A stretch of 64,000 bases of DNA from Veleropilina oligotropha (taxonomy: Eukaryota), in assembly GCA_048128005.1 (NCBI GenBank), contig JBEUKZ010000100.1, positions 372,001 through 436,000 of the forward strand. Direction: 5' to 3'. Positions within the stretch are counted from its first letter, which is position 1. Each line of letters begins with the position of its first letter. Positions 1 through 14,900 of this stretch are shown here, in pieces. The position numbers and the translations under genes are program-made. The notes under the pieces are model-generated. The model ran no database searches. It was given only the letters and a program-made list of their open reading frames with translations, and was not told the origin of the DNA.

Positions 1-755
1 ATTAGAGCTATTTCATGAGAATCAAATGAATTATTTTGTGTTTCATTTTACCAAAAATTAAAGGAACGGCAGCTGTTTCAAATTTTAAAATTGAAATCAT
101 CATGCGTTATGCTGACAACTTTTCATTCACAAAACAATATAAAGATGTTATGACGTCGGTACCTGTCGATATTCACTTCACACGGACCAACAAGTAACGA
201 GGAAATGACATTTTAAGTATTTTAATAAATCAACAAGTCGCATCAACGATCTCTTTGCGGCAAACAGAACTTAGCGTAGGCACCCACCCCACAGCGAAAG
301 CTACATAGAATAGTTACAACGGAATATGAGCTATCGTCGATTTAAAAAGTGTTGAACAAAACAAGTGTTTTCACAATATATTCAGACGCCCACAGCAGCC
401 TCCATTTACGACCGATCGCTTTTTCCCCTTGCAATTTAAACTTGCCTTAATACGTAAATCATATCTGGAAAGTCTTGCCACGCTGTCATCGGCGGTTTTT
501 GAGAAGAAGATTTTTTTAAACTTTTACTATATTCAAGATGGCGGCCGAACAACGTGAACTACGAAGTCAATATTTTCGCCGCCCTGCTTTATGTGAAAGT
601 TTCAGACCCCTGGTTAATGCCATTTTCTAGTTACACTTGGAAGGAAAAACGTGACAATAATAATAATAATAATCCTTACAATTTCAATAGGTCTTCAAGA
701 CTTTCATAAGAATTGAAGCCCTAATGACATAGAGTTCAAAAGATGAAAGCTGTGA

Positions 756-1159
756 GGCCGACTTAAACCAGAGCTGATGTGACACGGACATATGGACAAA
801 CAGGCCGACTTAAACCAGAGGTAATGTGACACGGACATACGGACAAACAGGCAGATTTAAACCAGAGCTAATGTGACATGGACATATGGACAAACAGGCA
901 GACTTAAGCCAGAGCTAATGTGACACGGATATACGGACAAACAGGCAGACTTAAGCCAGAGCTAATGTGACACAGATATACGGACAAACAGGCCGACTTA
1001 AACCAGAGCTAATGTGACACGGACAAACAGGCAGACTTAAACCAGAGCTGTGACACGGACAAACAGGCTGACTTAAACCAGAGCTAATGTGACACGGACA
1101 TACGGACAAACAGGCCGACTTAAACCAGAGCTAATGTGACACGGACATACGGACAAACA
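756..1159. repeat. 47 bp minisatellite, about 9 copies
   Basis: Unit GGCCGACTTAAACCAGAGCTAATGTGACACGGACATACGGACAAACA. Confidence 0.95.
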
Positions 1160-1307
1160 TGGCTACAACAATCCCACAATTCGCTTTTAGTGGGAAAAAA
1201 AGCAGAACAACAAAACTAGAAGCATATTAGTTAGTTATTAAATTTTAAGTTAATATCTATGCATGATTATCACTAAAAATAATTTTCCATCTGAAGTCTA
1301 CAGCGCC

Positions 1308-1470
1308 TAGTACAATATCATCTATTGCAGATAGTACAATATCATCTATTGCAGATAGTACAATATCATCTATTGCAGATAGTACGATATCATCTATTGC
1401 AGATAGTACGATATCATCTATTGCAGATAGTACGATATCATCTATTGTAGATAGTACGATAATATCTATT
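1308..1470. repeat. 24 bp minisatellite, about 7 copies
   Basis: Unit TAGTACAATATCATCTATTGCAGA. Confidence 0.95.
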
Positions 1471-2687
1471 ACATCTAATTATTTTCTTCATAGGTATTAT
1501 AAAATCTTATGCTCGACTGACGTGCATAAGTGCAAACATATAAAAATAATTAAGTGTGCCAGATATACCTTCAATGGGAAATATAAACTCTGTAAAAGAG
1601 AATATAAAAGATAACTAACAAAAATCAAAGGTAAAAAATGTGAACATCACAGTGACACAATATCATATCCTTAAAAAGATATCAACAAAATAACATTTGC
1701 TCAACTGCTTCTATTCTGCATTCAATAAGATGTCAATTTTACCAGAATGCTGAGTCGTCAAGTCTAAAGGTCTGATCAGGATTAGCATGATCAGCTGGGT
1801 CGAATTCAATATTCCATTTCTCCCAAACATGACTACCTTCACGATTTTTATTCAATTATTTTGATGTACGATAAATAATAAATTTATAAATTATGTTATC
1901 AGTATTAATATTGTATGGATTCAGAAACATCGGAAACCTTGAGAAATGCAGTGCAGAGTTTACGCAGCTAATCAATCGCGAGACGACGTTCAACCATCAA
2001 ACTCCAAATTCACAATAGGTTTCGGACATGCCAGAATATATACGTATTTATAAATTACTGGTAACATTTTTATAAACATTTATACCATAACAAATTTCTT
2101 ATAAAATTGAATTAAAAGATTATACTAAAGTTAGTTGTGAAACTTTATGAGATGTTGAAACAGTTTAAGAACGTTAAACAACACTGGCAAATGCATTTTA
2201 CAAGGGGTATGATGTCACGTCACAATATTTATGAACATAAAAGCTCTCAGGAAACTGTGGAAGAGAATCATTTAACAAAGAATGTTTTGACCGTGTCAGT
2301 TTTATGCCATTTAAAGGATGCATTTCTGTCATTATTAGTACCAGTTACTGTTTATGTAAATAGCAATAATGCAATTTGAGGTTCTAGATCTCAATCCATG
2401 TGTTTCCATATTGTCCAGAAGTAGTGCGTAAGGATTACCTGCCATTTTGAATCTATAAACAGGAGATGTTTTCTGAATCTAAATCAAATGGGATTGTGAT
2501 ATAGGGTCTTTGAATCTCTTTAAACTCTACATGTAGCGATAAAATCTACCAATCAAATTTTGTCAAGCCAGTGTCCTGATACAGAATTTCAGAGTAACCA
2601 TTTTTGATGACTTAATTTTAATTAAGTGATCGCGAGAGGACAACTATTCATGTCTGTGTTTAAGCCTCCCCCCGCATTATCTCTCAC

Positions 2688-2951
2688 CTGTTGCGCACAC
2701 CCACTCCTGGTATACGTATCCGGGCCAGCGATTGAAGCTGTCTCCGGCTTGCACTTTATCCGCGGTGGAGAGGAAACAAACTCCGAGGCTAATGTGTACC
2801 TCAAACGACCGGCACATAAAGCCTGTAGCAGACAGGCACTTTCGGCGGCACTCCTCGACGGAGAATACGTCATTGAATCTCTCCGTGTTGTATCCGGTAA
2901 TGGCGTATCCGGGGTGCTTGCTCCAACTAATGCGTCTCTTCTCGCAAGGAT
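2688..2951 (-). CDS. Exon 22: PAN/apple domain 4
   Basis: PCEK...SVEECRRKC...CRSFE...CFLS...EWVC; tatttcag / gtgaga; 264 nt, phase 1-1. Confidence 0.9.
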
Positions 2952-5900
2952 CTGAAATAGCAGGCAACATTTGTCTTGAATAATAATAAAATATCACTTG
3001 TACATCGGGTCAACAGACCTTGAATTAAAGGTGAGATTCTAGTCTACTTCACTTAGGGTACAATTTTATTGTAATTAGCTTTTCAAGATTTCCGTAAGGT
3101 ATTTCGTCATTAGTCTTCTTGACGTCAGGATCGTTTTTTACTTCACCAATAAATGCTCACTCCTCGTTCTGTAAGGACTAGTTGACATTCTTGATGTATA
3201 AACATGTTTACTCTAATCGCAGACTTTCTTTTGTAACTTAAATCCAGGTTATATACATAATATATCATGCTCACTAATAAATTACACATGAACCTCTCCA
3301 TTGAATGGAATTTTCAGGAGGTAACACACCTTCTGTTGGTAATGCTACTACAGGCATCAGACTCTGAGATTCACTAGTGGAAAACTGTTTCATTGTTTCA
3401 ATTTGAGCTATCACGATTCAGTACTAGTGTTTCCAGTTGAATTTGCAATAGATTTGTTCAGTATTGAGTAAAATCATGCGATCTACGTCGATTGAGGCAA
3501 ACCAGTGACAAAATCGCTCACATGTGCTGACATTAAAATATCCTACTGAAACAGTACTACAGATAATAGTAGCTTACTGCTTATATCCTACTGTAACAGT
3601 ACTACAGATAATAGTAGCTTACTGTTTATATCCTACTGTAACAGTACTACAGATAATAGCAGCTTACTGTTTATATCCTACTGTAACAGTACTACAGACA
3701 ATAGCAGCTTACTATTTCGGCAGTGCCATTCATGGTAGACACTGTTTTCCTTGGCTTGGATTGTAGCATTAATTCCACGCTTGTCTCGGGATGAAAGCGT
3801 GCAGTTAGTTTCCATGTTGAATGATTCACACTCGGGTTCAATCCTAGCCAAACATGCGGTTCTGCATGATTCGTCATCAGTTAGGGCCACGTTCTCCAAC
3901 TCAAACGAATGCAAAGTGGAGGCATCCTGCGAGAACCATTCAAGCATCATACTCTGACAGGAATCTACAAAAACAATGCAATATAGCTATCTAATGCAAT
4001 CACATTAATTTACCACTCCTTAGTATTTCATAGCTGTCCTGCTTTTGCAAGTGTAAGTACAAACCTGTTTTAAGAGTTTATCAGTCATAATAGAAAGATA
4101 AGAAAATAACAGTCATGATAGCCCGTAAGACGCCAAGATGGGCTAATATCAGCCATGATATCCCAAGGTGGGCTAATAGTAAGTCTGTAACACACTAAGA
4201 CAATGTGGGCTAATATCGGTCATGACAGCCTGCATCATGCCAATGTTGGCTAATATCAGCCCTGATAGCCTGTAACATGCCAAGGCAAGGTGGGCTAATA
4301 TCAACCCTGATAGCCTGCATCATGCCAAGGCAAGTGGGCTGATATCAGCCATGATAGCCTGTAACATCCCAAGGCAAGTGGGCTAATATCGGCCATGATA
4401 GCCTGTAACATCCCAAGGCAAGTGGGCTAATATCAGCCATGATAGCCTGTAACATGCCAAGCCAAGTGGGCTAATATCAGCCCTGATAGCCTGTAACATG
4501 CCAAGGCAAGGTGGGTTAATATCAGCCCTGATAGCCTGTAACATCCTAAGGCAAGTGGGCTAATATCAGCCATGATAGCCTGTAACATCCCAAGGCAAGG
4601 TGGGCTAATATCAGCCATGATAGCCTGTAACATGCCAAGGCACGGTGAACAATATCAGCCCTGATAGCCTGTAACATGCCAAGGAAAGGTGGGCTAATAT
4701 CAGCCCTGATAGCCTGTAACATCCCAAGGCAAGGTGGGCTAATATCAACCCTGATAGCCTGTAACATGCTAAGGCACGGTGGGCTAATATCAGCCATGAT
4801 AGCCTGTAACATGCCAAGGCAAGGTGGGCTAATATCAGCCATGATAGCCTGTAACATGCCAAGGCAAGTGGGCTAATATCAGCCCTGATAGCCTGTAACA
4901 TGCCAAGGCAAGGCGGGCTAATATCAGCCATGATAGCCTGTAACACGCCAATGTGGGCTAATATTAGCCATGATAGCCTGTAGCATGCCAAGGCAAGGTG
5001 GGCTAATATCAGCCCTGATAGCCTGTAACATGCCAAGGCAAGGTGGGCTAATATCAGCCATGATAGCCTGTAACATGCCAAGGCAAGGTGGGCTAATATT
5101 AGCCATGATAGCCTGTAACATGCCAAGGCAAGTGGGCTAATATCAGCCATGATAGCCTGTAACATGCCAAGGCAAGGTGGGCTAATATTAGCCATGATAG
5201 CCTGTAACATGCCAAGGCAAGGTGGGCTAATATCAGCCATGATAGCCTGTAACATGCCAAGGCAAGGTGGGCTAATTAATATTAGCCATGATAGCCTGTA
5301 ACATGCCAAGGCAAGGTGGGCTAATATCAGCCCTGATAGCCTGTAACATGCCAAGGCAAGGTGGGCTAATATCAGCCATGATAGCCTGTAACACGCCAAG
5401 GCAAGGTGGGCTAATATCAGCCATGATAGCCTGTAACACGCCAAGGCAAGGTGGGTTAATATCAGCCATGATAGCCTGTAATATGCCAAGGCAATGTGGG
5501 ATAATATCAGCCCTGATAGCCTGTAACATGCCAAGGCAAGGTGGGCTAATATCAGCCCTGATAGCATGTACCATGCCAAGGCAAGGTGGGCTAATATCAG
5601 CCCTGATAGCCTGTAACATGCCAAGGCAAGGTGGGCTAATATCAGCCATGATAGCCTGTAGCATGCCAAGGCAAGGTGGGCTAATATCAGCCATGATAGC
5701 CTGTAACACGCCAAGGCAAGGTGGGCTAATATCAGCCCTGATAGCCTGTAACACGCCAAGGCAAGGTGGGCTAATATCAGCCCTGATAGCCTGTAACATG
5801 CCAAGGCAAGGTGGGCTAATATCAGCCCTGATAGCCTGTAACATGCCAAGGCAAGGTGGGCTAATATCAGCCCTGATAGCCTGTAACATGCCAAGGCAAG

Positions 5901-8900
5901 GTGGGCTAATATCAGCCATGATAGCCTGTAACATGCCAAGGCAAGGTGGGCTGATCAGACATAAGGTACTCTCATGGCAATTGAGGTTGTGCTGGATAGA
6001 TGACAGGTTAGAGCAACGTACCGCTTGCAGCTTGCCACGTGGTGAGATTGGCAGACGTATCGCAGAGCTCTCTTGGATTAGCCGGATTATACTCTCCATT
6101 TTCGTAACACACCCCATTAATCACGCATCCAGTGTTCTGAAGCAAGGCGAGTTCAAAATTGACAATTTGAAAGTATTAAGTAGACATAAATGTCTCCATA
6201 AGCAAGTAAATATATTAGCACTAGCACAAAGTAGTTACTTAAAGTATGTTAAATATGGTATTAAGAAAATATCGATAAAGACATAATAAATGGCAAATAG
6301 TCCCTGTTGCCTCTTTATTGTAAATTGAAGCAGGTTCTACCTAATGAAGAGGACTACAATCACTTTGTGATAGAAAAAAATCCATCAATTTTCTAATATT
6401 TTATTAATAATTTCAAAATGTCATTTAACATAATCACATTCTAATAAAACATATTGGTGATAAACAACAATTATAACAATTAAAAACATTAATCAAGTAT
6501 GTTCCCCTCATCATAATTTTAATTTCACCCCACCTACATGTGTGACTTTTAACTGTTTACTGTATCTATCTGGATACTTACTGTTCTGTCACAAGTCAAT
6601 GCAGTATAATCGCACGAGTAGCAGGCCGAGTTGTACACGATGAAGTTGGAGGCAGCACTCCGGCTCTTTCCGTCATTGCTAATGCTTATAGCAAAGCTGC
6701 CTTCCTTCGGTGGTTCACATTCAAGCTCGTTTAAGGATACAAACTTAGCTTTGATACTGATCTCGACGCCAGTTTGTGTAATGTTAGTCCCGAGTAACTG
6801 GAGATGGAAACAGATAAGCAATATCAGTGATCTTTTGCTACATTTTCAATTGCAGATTGTAATCTTTGGCCAAGATAATCTCGATTCAATTTACAATTTA
6901 TTTGACCAATAGAATTGACAGATGCTCAATAATGAGCAAATAATAAGGAAAGGATAGGAAAGGATCGATGCTTAATATCCTGTATATTTCCAACCAGCAT
7001 TTGGTTCAAACCAGGACAACTGTGATTCATAATTTGAACAAATGTGTGATGCCTCAGCCGGCGGTCGAACCCACTACTGTTCGCGTCAGTGGAATCAAGT
7101 CAGTGATTTTCGGAATCCACAACCATACCACTGTACTGTCAAAGTGGCCTAGCTGGTTGGTTTTTGAGAAATGAGCCGGAGAAGATAACATTAACGAATT
7201 TAAGACAACGGCGGTAACTCTGGTATTAATCGCTGCACAGCGTCTAAATTAGCAAAAGCACCAGTTCACCAGCTACATAATACACGCACCAAGTTTCGTA
7301 AAGAAATGTCGAGCGGTTATCGAGACACACTCCGGAAAAGATAAACGAATTTAAGACAAGGGCAGTAACTCTGTTAATAATCGGTGCACAATGTCGAAAT
7401 TAGCAAAAGATCATTGTCAGCAGTTCTCCTACTACTTAATACACGCACTAAGTTTCGTTATGATATGTCGAGCGTTTATTGAGATACACTCCGGAAAAGA
7501 TATCATCAACCAATTTAAGACAAGGGCAGTAACTCTGTTAATAATCTGCACACAACATCAAAATTAGCAAAAGGCACCAGGACACCAACTACTTAATACA
7601 ATCACCAAGTTCGTTATGATATGTCGAGTGGTTTTTGATATATGCTCCGGGAAATATAACATTAACGAATTTAAGACAAGGGCAGTAACTCTGTTTATAA
7701 TCGCCGCACAATGTCTAAATTAAAGGCACCAGTTCAAAATAATGTTTGCTAATTATAATGATACTGTTATTTTTCGAACAATAACAGAATAAGTGAAATA
7801 TGAGATCCCGTGACCTTGAAATATAAAGCAGTTGTCATAACAGGGGAGATAAATGAACTTACAAAAATACTCGAGAATTGCATTATTGGAGATTCCAATG
7901 AATACATTTAGCAATTTCAAAACAGGGCGATTTGAACTCTCCTGAAATCATGATAAGTGACTGGTGGTAACTCGGATTCATATAGGGGGTAGTTTGCACT
8001 CTTAATAGTGGGCAAAAAATAATTTTTTCCGCAGTTAGATTGTGGTTGCTAAGCGTGTTCATTTGAATTCAAATGGCCGCCATTTTGTTGTCGCTTCGAA
8101 TCAATTTGTGTAGACTTTGATATATTCAATCTGACATGTCTGAATTACATAATGCTAATGCCAATGTCCACATTGACACTCAACCAGAATCTTTATAATC
8201 TAGAGGCTGATAGGTGCTCGCACCCGAGTTAGCTGGAAAAGGAAAGGAGCAATGCTCAATGTCCTGTTTTTTTCCAACCATTTACTTCAAACCAGGAATT
8301 GTCCATATTATCGCGGGAGAAAAGCCTGGTCGCCTGAGGAAACTCGCCTTGAAGGCTTCTCCCCGACCAGTTACTGTCAACTGTGATTCATAACTTGAAC
8401 AAATAATGCCATGTCCCAAACCGGGATTCGAACCCACTACTGGTTGCGTCAACATAATCAAGCCAGTGATTTTCAACGTCTGAACCCAAACCACACGGCT
8501 GTCAAAGCTAGCTACCATTAAATCATGCATTGGATGGCACGTACATATAGTTTATTAGTTATGCCGATATTTCATTTTTATATATTGGTAGTGCCTTTTT
8601 TCATCCGGGTTTTGTATGGATTATATATATGGATAACATCTGACAATCTGGAAGTGATATTGAATAAAATTTAATATAATCCGCTCCGTATCTTCCATAC
8701 TATTTGACAGAGGGACGCGAAACTTGATGCGTGTATGCATCATGAGCCAAACGTGTCGCATACAGAAAGTAGGTCACTGCGACCTACTTTTCATCCTTGA
8801 CCGCATTTGGTCCAAAATTCCCTTCCGCTCCAAATATCCTGTACAACTTAACCGAGGGACACAAAACTTGTATATGTGACAGTGTATATGCACATGCCAT

Positions 8901-11900
8901 AACCCAAAGGTGTCTCTGGTACCTAAAGTAGGTCGTCAATTCACGTGTCAAAGTGATTTTGTGGGGGCATATCATTACGATCACTCCTGTGATAACTCTA
9001 ATTTTTGCTGTTCACGATCAGAATAATAAATATATAAATTTGATTGTATCCCACGAAATGAAAGTGTCTGGGGATACTATGGTTTAGCGTCCGTTACGCT
9101 GCATCCGCCGAGAGATTTCTTGTGATCGCTCTAGACGGGCCATTTATTAACAGAATGTTTTCAAATTTGGTATGTGGATTGGTTGGGGCGAGGACACGAC
9201 ACCTATAGAATTTGGGTGTGGTCTGATCTCCAAGATAGCCGCTGTGGCCTCCATCTTGAATTTTAAAACATCATTCCTCGTGATGGCTCTAGACAAGCCA
9301 TTTCTTAACGGAATGTTTTCAAATTTGGTATGTGCATTGGTTGGGGTGAGGACACGACAGTTATTGAATTCGGGCGTGGTCCGACATCCAAGATGGCCGC
9401 CGCCGAGAGATTCCTCATGATCACTCTAGACAGGCAATTTCTTAATGGAATGTTTTCAAATTTGGTATGTGCATTGGTTTGGGTGAGGCCACAACACCTA
9501 GAGATTTTGGGTGTGGTCTGACCTCCAAAGATGCTGTTTTGGCCTCCATCTTTGATTTTAAAGCGTAATTCTTTGTGATCGCTCTAGACAGGTCATATTA
9601 CCGGGGATACATATGCGGTCACTCGTGACAGAGCGTTTTAGTTAATTATTACTCTTCAATTATTACATTTGTTAGCCGGATTAATTAATGCATTGATATC
9701 ACGTTTTACATGTTGGGCAATGACTATCCATACATCGAAAATTTTAAGAGGAGCCCTGAGGCAAACTTTCAACAAAAATTTAAGCACATATCGCTGCCAC
9801 CTGAGGAGAAAGGAAATGAATATAAAAAAAATATTAATTAAATTTTAAAATGCTGTTTCGAAATGTTAATGAATTTATCTATTCCTCGTTAATGAATTAT
9901 CAATGCCATCCGATTCTTTTTTCTTGAATGTATTTTTGCATGCAGTCACTGATTCACCTCACCTGAGCTTCACAGGTTGGCTTAGACAATTAAGTATAAA
10001 ATTGATGCATGGGCATTGGCTCTAATGATCACTATTTAAAATCTAACTGATACTTTCTTTGATTTATTCACTTGAATGTTATTAATAAGTACTGTATTTT
10101 ATTAATTGATGCATGTACACTCTATAGATATGTGAGTGAAGGTTTATTGATGTAATTGATGCATGTACACTCTATAGATATGTGAGTGAAGGTTTATTGA
10201 TGTAAATGCTATTGTAAGAGGGCTGGGCCATCTCAACAAATGTCACTGTATTGCTAATAATAATTAAATTGTTACGTAATGAAGTAGTGTACGTATACCT
10301 ATTTGTTAAGCGAAATCTCTGATAATTCCATAATTGTTTACCAAGTTATCCTCTTGGCTTATGTGTTTTATTAATATTAATGCAAGTTGAATTTAAGTTA
10401 TTACATGTAGTTATATTTACATTATTGTGAATTGTAATGATCAGGTGAGCGTATGTTCAGACGTAAAATTGCAATATTAACTCAAAAGCGGATGTAAAAT
10501 TTTATATTGAAATTGCATGCTAAAAATCACTCTATCATTAGAGTCTTTCATGCCCTGCAACACTTCAGTCTAGTAGCTAGCTAGGGCATATATAGCATTT
10601 GGAGTGTCCTTCGGCACAACATCAGATCAACACATACTGCATGCAGTTCCGATATGGGTGACCTTGACCTATTTTTTAAGGACACAAACCTCAATAATGA
10701 AAAGTATGTGGGTCATTCATGATATATATTGTTGGTGAATATATATAATATATATATTTAATACCGGTATATATTATGCATTTTTCCTAAATTTCAGATT
10801 GTGTCATTTTTCCGCAATGTTGTATTTGAATAAGACCTTGTAAATAAGGTTAATTTGTTTATTAATTATTATTACAATAATGAATATATAATATTTAGCT
10901 GAAAGCATCATATGCAACTGGTACATGCTGTGTATATTTCAGGACTTATTTAAATATTTTTGACAGCCCAAGGCAATTACCGGTACCTCCCTAAAACGAC
11001 CCTAATCTTTAGGGCACTTTAGGACAATTTTAGGATATATTTAGGACTAATTTAAATATTTCGGACAGCCCTAAAAAAGTCCTAATACGACCCTGAAATG
11101 GCTTTATTTTTTAGGGCACAATTAGCACTAATTTAAATATTTCGGACAGCCCTAATACGACCCTAAAATGGCCCTAAATTTTAGGGCACTATTAGGACAA
11201 CTTTTAGGACATATTTAGGACTAATTTAAATAATTCGGACAGCCCTAAATACGTCCTAATATCGCCCTTCTTCTTCTTCTTCTTCCCATAAGGAACGTAG
11301 AAATTTTAGGACACTTTTAGAGGACCATAATAAAAAGATATTGCCTAATAGTATACTAATTTAGTCCAAAATGATCCTAAAATGGCCCTAATATTCGCCT
11401 AGGGTAGGCAAGGCTGACAGAGAGTGGACGATATTGGACAAAGGCACAACAAGAATATTCTAATCATAAAGAAATGCAAAAAATCCTTACCTTTGTAAGA
11501 AAAAAATTGCTTTTCAAACAATATGAATTTGAACAGTGAAATAATGTATATCCAGTAAGATTGGTTGGCAACTTAGTTTTACTACCACTTTGGCAGCTTT
11601 TACAGCCTTAACGCAGTCGGAACACCTAGTTTAAGGTCTCACTCCGATCTGACCGACATACATTAGGGATATGCCATCTATTATTTTAAGTGGTAGAATA
11701 GGCCTCGAACCTGGGCCCTCCTGGCTGTCTCGGTTGAGTGTCTAATGCGTTATCCACTCACTCGCCGAAGAAGTTTTATATATATCCTGTAAAAATAATG
11801 AGTTTAACAAAAAGATATTAAAAGCTTAACGCTTGCCAGTTCTTCTTTGAAGCTTCTAAAAAGTTGTCGGTTGCACGGACGAATGAACGGCAGTCATTTC

Positions 11901-14900
11901 TATGTCCCTCGACAAATTTGTTGTTGCAGGGGATAATAAGGTCAAGAATGATAGATCAAATGAATTGATGGACAAAACGACATCTTTGTTATATTACGAT
12001 ACATGTACATGTCCTAATAAATAAAAGCAATATGAATATACCAGTAACATTCAATTACGTCATTGGAAAATCCTCCATCCCACAGCTGGCGAGATGTGTC
12101 ATGGCAGCCATTTTGAATGCGAAACCGACAAACTCGTTTGGGGTCGTGACTAATGTGACTGCAAAGCGCACACATGAAAACTCTGCAGACATGGCAGTGA
12201 AACACAGACAAATTCATAGAATCCCTGACTATTGTCTTCCTGGGAGATCACTAGTAAACAGTATTATATAAATATATAGTAAAATTAGCCATGCTTCATT
12301 TACCTGCAGTTCCTGCATGTGGCAGGTCAGGTTCGCATTGTCGTGCGTGTTGTTGTTGTAGACGTAGACAATATCGCATGCTGTCCACCGAGAATCACAA
12401 AGACCACCAATACCACGGTTTATGAAACCAAACAACCTGGGAGCCTCTCGCAAATCAATGGAACAGTCCGGACCAGCACGCTGACCGTCGCACACACAGA
12501 CACCTAGTACATAAAGAGCAGAAGACAGTCAGCTAATCACACGATGGCTGATCATGATCAGTTCTTGCGTGATCACACGACGGCTGATCATGATCAGTTC
12601 TTGCGTGATCACATGACGGCCGATCATGATCAGTTCTTGCATGATCACACGATGGCTGATCATGATCAGTTCTTGCATGATCACACGACGGCTGATCATG
12701 ATCAGTTCTTACGTGATCACACGACAGCTGATCATGATCAGTTCTTACGTGATCACACGACGGCTGATCATGATCAGTTCTTACGTGATCACACGATGGC
12801 TGATCATGATCAGTTCTTACGTGATCACACGACGGCTGATCATGATCAGTTCTTGCGTGATCTCACGACGGCTGATCATGATCAGTTCTTGTGTGATCAC
12901 ACGACGGCCGATCATGATCAGTTCTTACGAGAACACACGACGGCTGATCATGATCAGTTCTTACGTGATCACATGACGGCTGATCATGATCAGTTCTTGC
13001 GTGATCACACGACGGCTGATCATGATCAGTTCTTGCGTGATCACACGACGGCTGATCATGATCAGTTCTTGCGTGATCACACGACGGCTGATCATGATCA
13101 GTTCTTGCGTGATCACACGACGGCTGATCATGATCAGTTCTTGCGTGATCACACAACGGCTGATCATGATCAGTTCTTACGTGATCACACGATGGCTGAT
13201 CATGATCAGTTCTTGCGTGATCACACGACGGCTGATCATGATCAGTTCTTACGTGATCACACGACGGCTGATCATGATCAGTTCTTGCGTGATCACACGA
13301 CGGCTGATCATGATCAGTTCTTGCATGATCACACGACGGCTGATCATGATCAGTTCTTACGTGATTACACGACGGCTGATCATGATCAGTTCTTGCGTGA
13401 TCACATGACAGCTGATCATGATCAGTTCTTACGTGATCACACGACGGCTGATCATGATCAGTTCTTGCGTGATCACACGACGGCTGATCATGATCAGTTC
13501 TTACGTGATCACACGACGGCTGATCATGATCAGTTCTTACGTGATCACACGACGGCTGATCATGATCAGTTCTAGCGTGATCACATGACAGCTGATCATG
13601 ATCAGTTCTTGCGTGATCACACGACGGCTGATCATGATCAGTTCTAGCGTGATCACATGACGGCTGATCATGATCAGTTCTTGCGTGATCACACGACGGC
13701 TGATCATGATCAGTTCTTACGTGATCACACGACGGCTGATCATGATCAGTTCTAGCGTGATCACACGACGGCTGATCATGATCAGTTCTTACTTTGATAA
13801 GGTGGGCAATGGTGGAAGAGACAAAACATGCTACATGTATTTAACTGTTCTTTTATGTATATAAAAGACTGGCTAAATTAAACAGATGGATGGATGTATG
13901 GATTGATGCTTAATGTCCTGAATATTTACAACCTTATGTTCAAGGCAGGACATGTCCATATTATTGTGGGAGGAGAGCCCGGTCACCAGGGAAACCCGCC
14001 CTCTCCGGCCAACAGCGATTGATAACCAAACAAAGAATGTTAATGCCTCAACCGAGCTCTGAACCCACTCCTGTTAGCTAGCGCAACGAGCCAGTGATTT
14101 CAGATTCGGCAGTCGATACCACACGACTACCGGAACGGCTTCAATGCAACAGAAGTACAGAATATCATTGCAGGTTAACAGAGTATTAGTAATGAAGATT
14201 TATTTTATTTGAATAAACCACCGAATTTTAACAATTTTTCAGTCGCATTGAAGTCGGGACTCTTGCATTTTTTTGGTGTCTTTACCTGATCAGATTGTTT
14301 TATCTACAGCAGAGGCCAGTTGCTGGCATGATAGTCATCAGGCACGGATCACCTGTGAGGTGTTGGAAATGTGATGTGAACGGACGGACATAAGTCGAAA
14401 ATGTGCCATAAAAACAGTATCTATTAAAAATTTGGCAAAGCAGTGCAAGCCGACACAGAACATAAGGAATTATGGGCAAATAAATATTCTGCATTACAGA
14501 CATTATGTCCTAACTGTAATAATGAACAAGCATTGTGTATCTGTGAAATTGGTAAAATTAATAATAACCTCATGAATGCATGTGATATTCCTAGCTTTCA
14601 CTGATTCGTATGCTGAAAATAATATTGGTAAGCAAATATATGAGTCCCATGCAGATATTATTTCAAATGACATTGATGCCTATGCTATTTCTTGTACTGT
14701 TTTGAATGACAGACACCAGCTAGTCGTCGAGTCTCACTCAAATATCCATTTTAATGACACTGAAGCCTGTAATATTATTTCACTGTTACTTATTATATCT
14801 TATGTACTTCTTTTTTGTTTGGCTAATATCGCTCATAATCAATTTCACACAGGGTCTCGTATTGAAGCAATTAATCCTTTCAATTGTAAAAATAAGGGTC

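Noticed and set aside
1743..1836. Coding-looking minus-strand stretch (SHVWEKWNIEFDPADH...) ending at a GT
   Set aside because: No credible acceptor and no recognisable motif; cannot be placed in the gene model.
3340..3417. Possible Ser/Thr-rich phase 1-1 exon between PAN 3 and PAN 4
   Set aside because: Poor polypyrimidine tract, weak donor, and no counterpart between PAN 1 and PAN 2.
4611..6286. Long repeat ORFs of 281-442 aa
   Set aside because: 45 bp minisatellite with 44 bp frameshifting units; the real exon here is 6022-6136 in another frame.
12544..13575. 343 aa His/Asp-rich repeat ORF (TTADHDQFLRDH)
   Set aside because: 36 bp minisatellite translation; some later units carry TAG in that frame; antisense within an intron.
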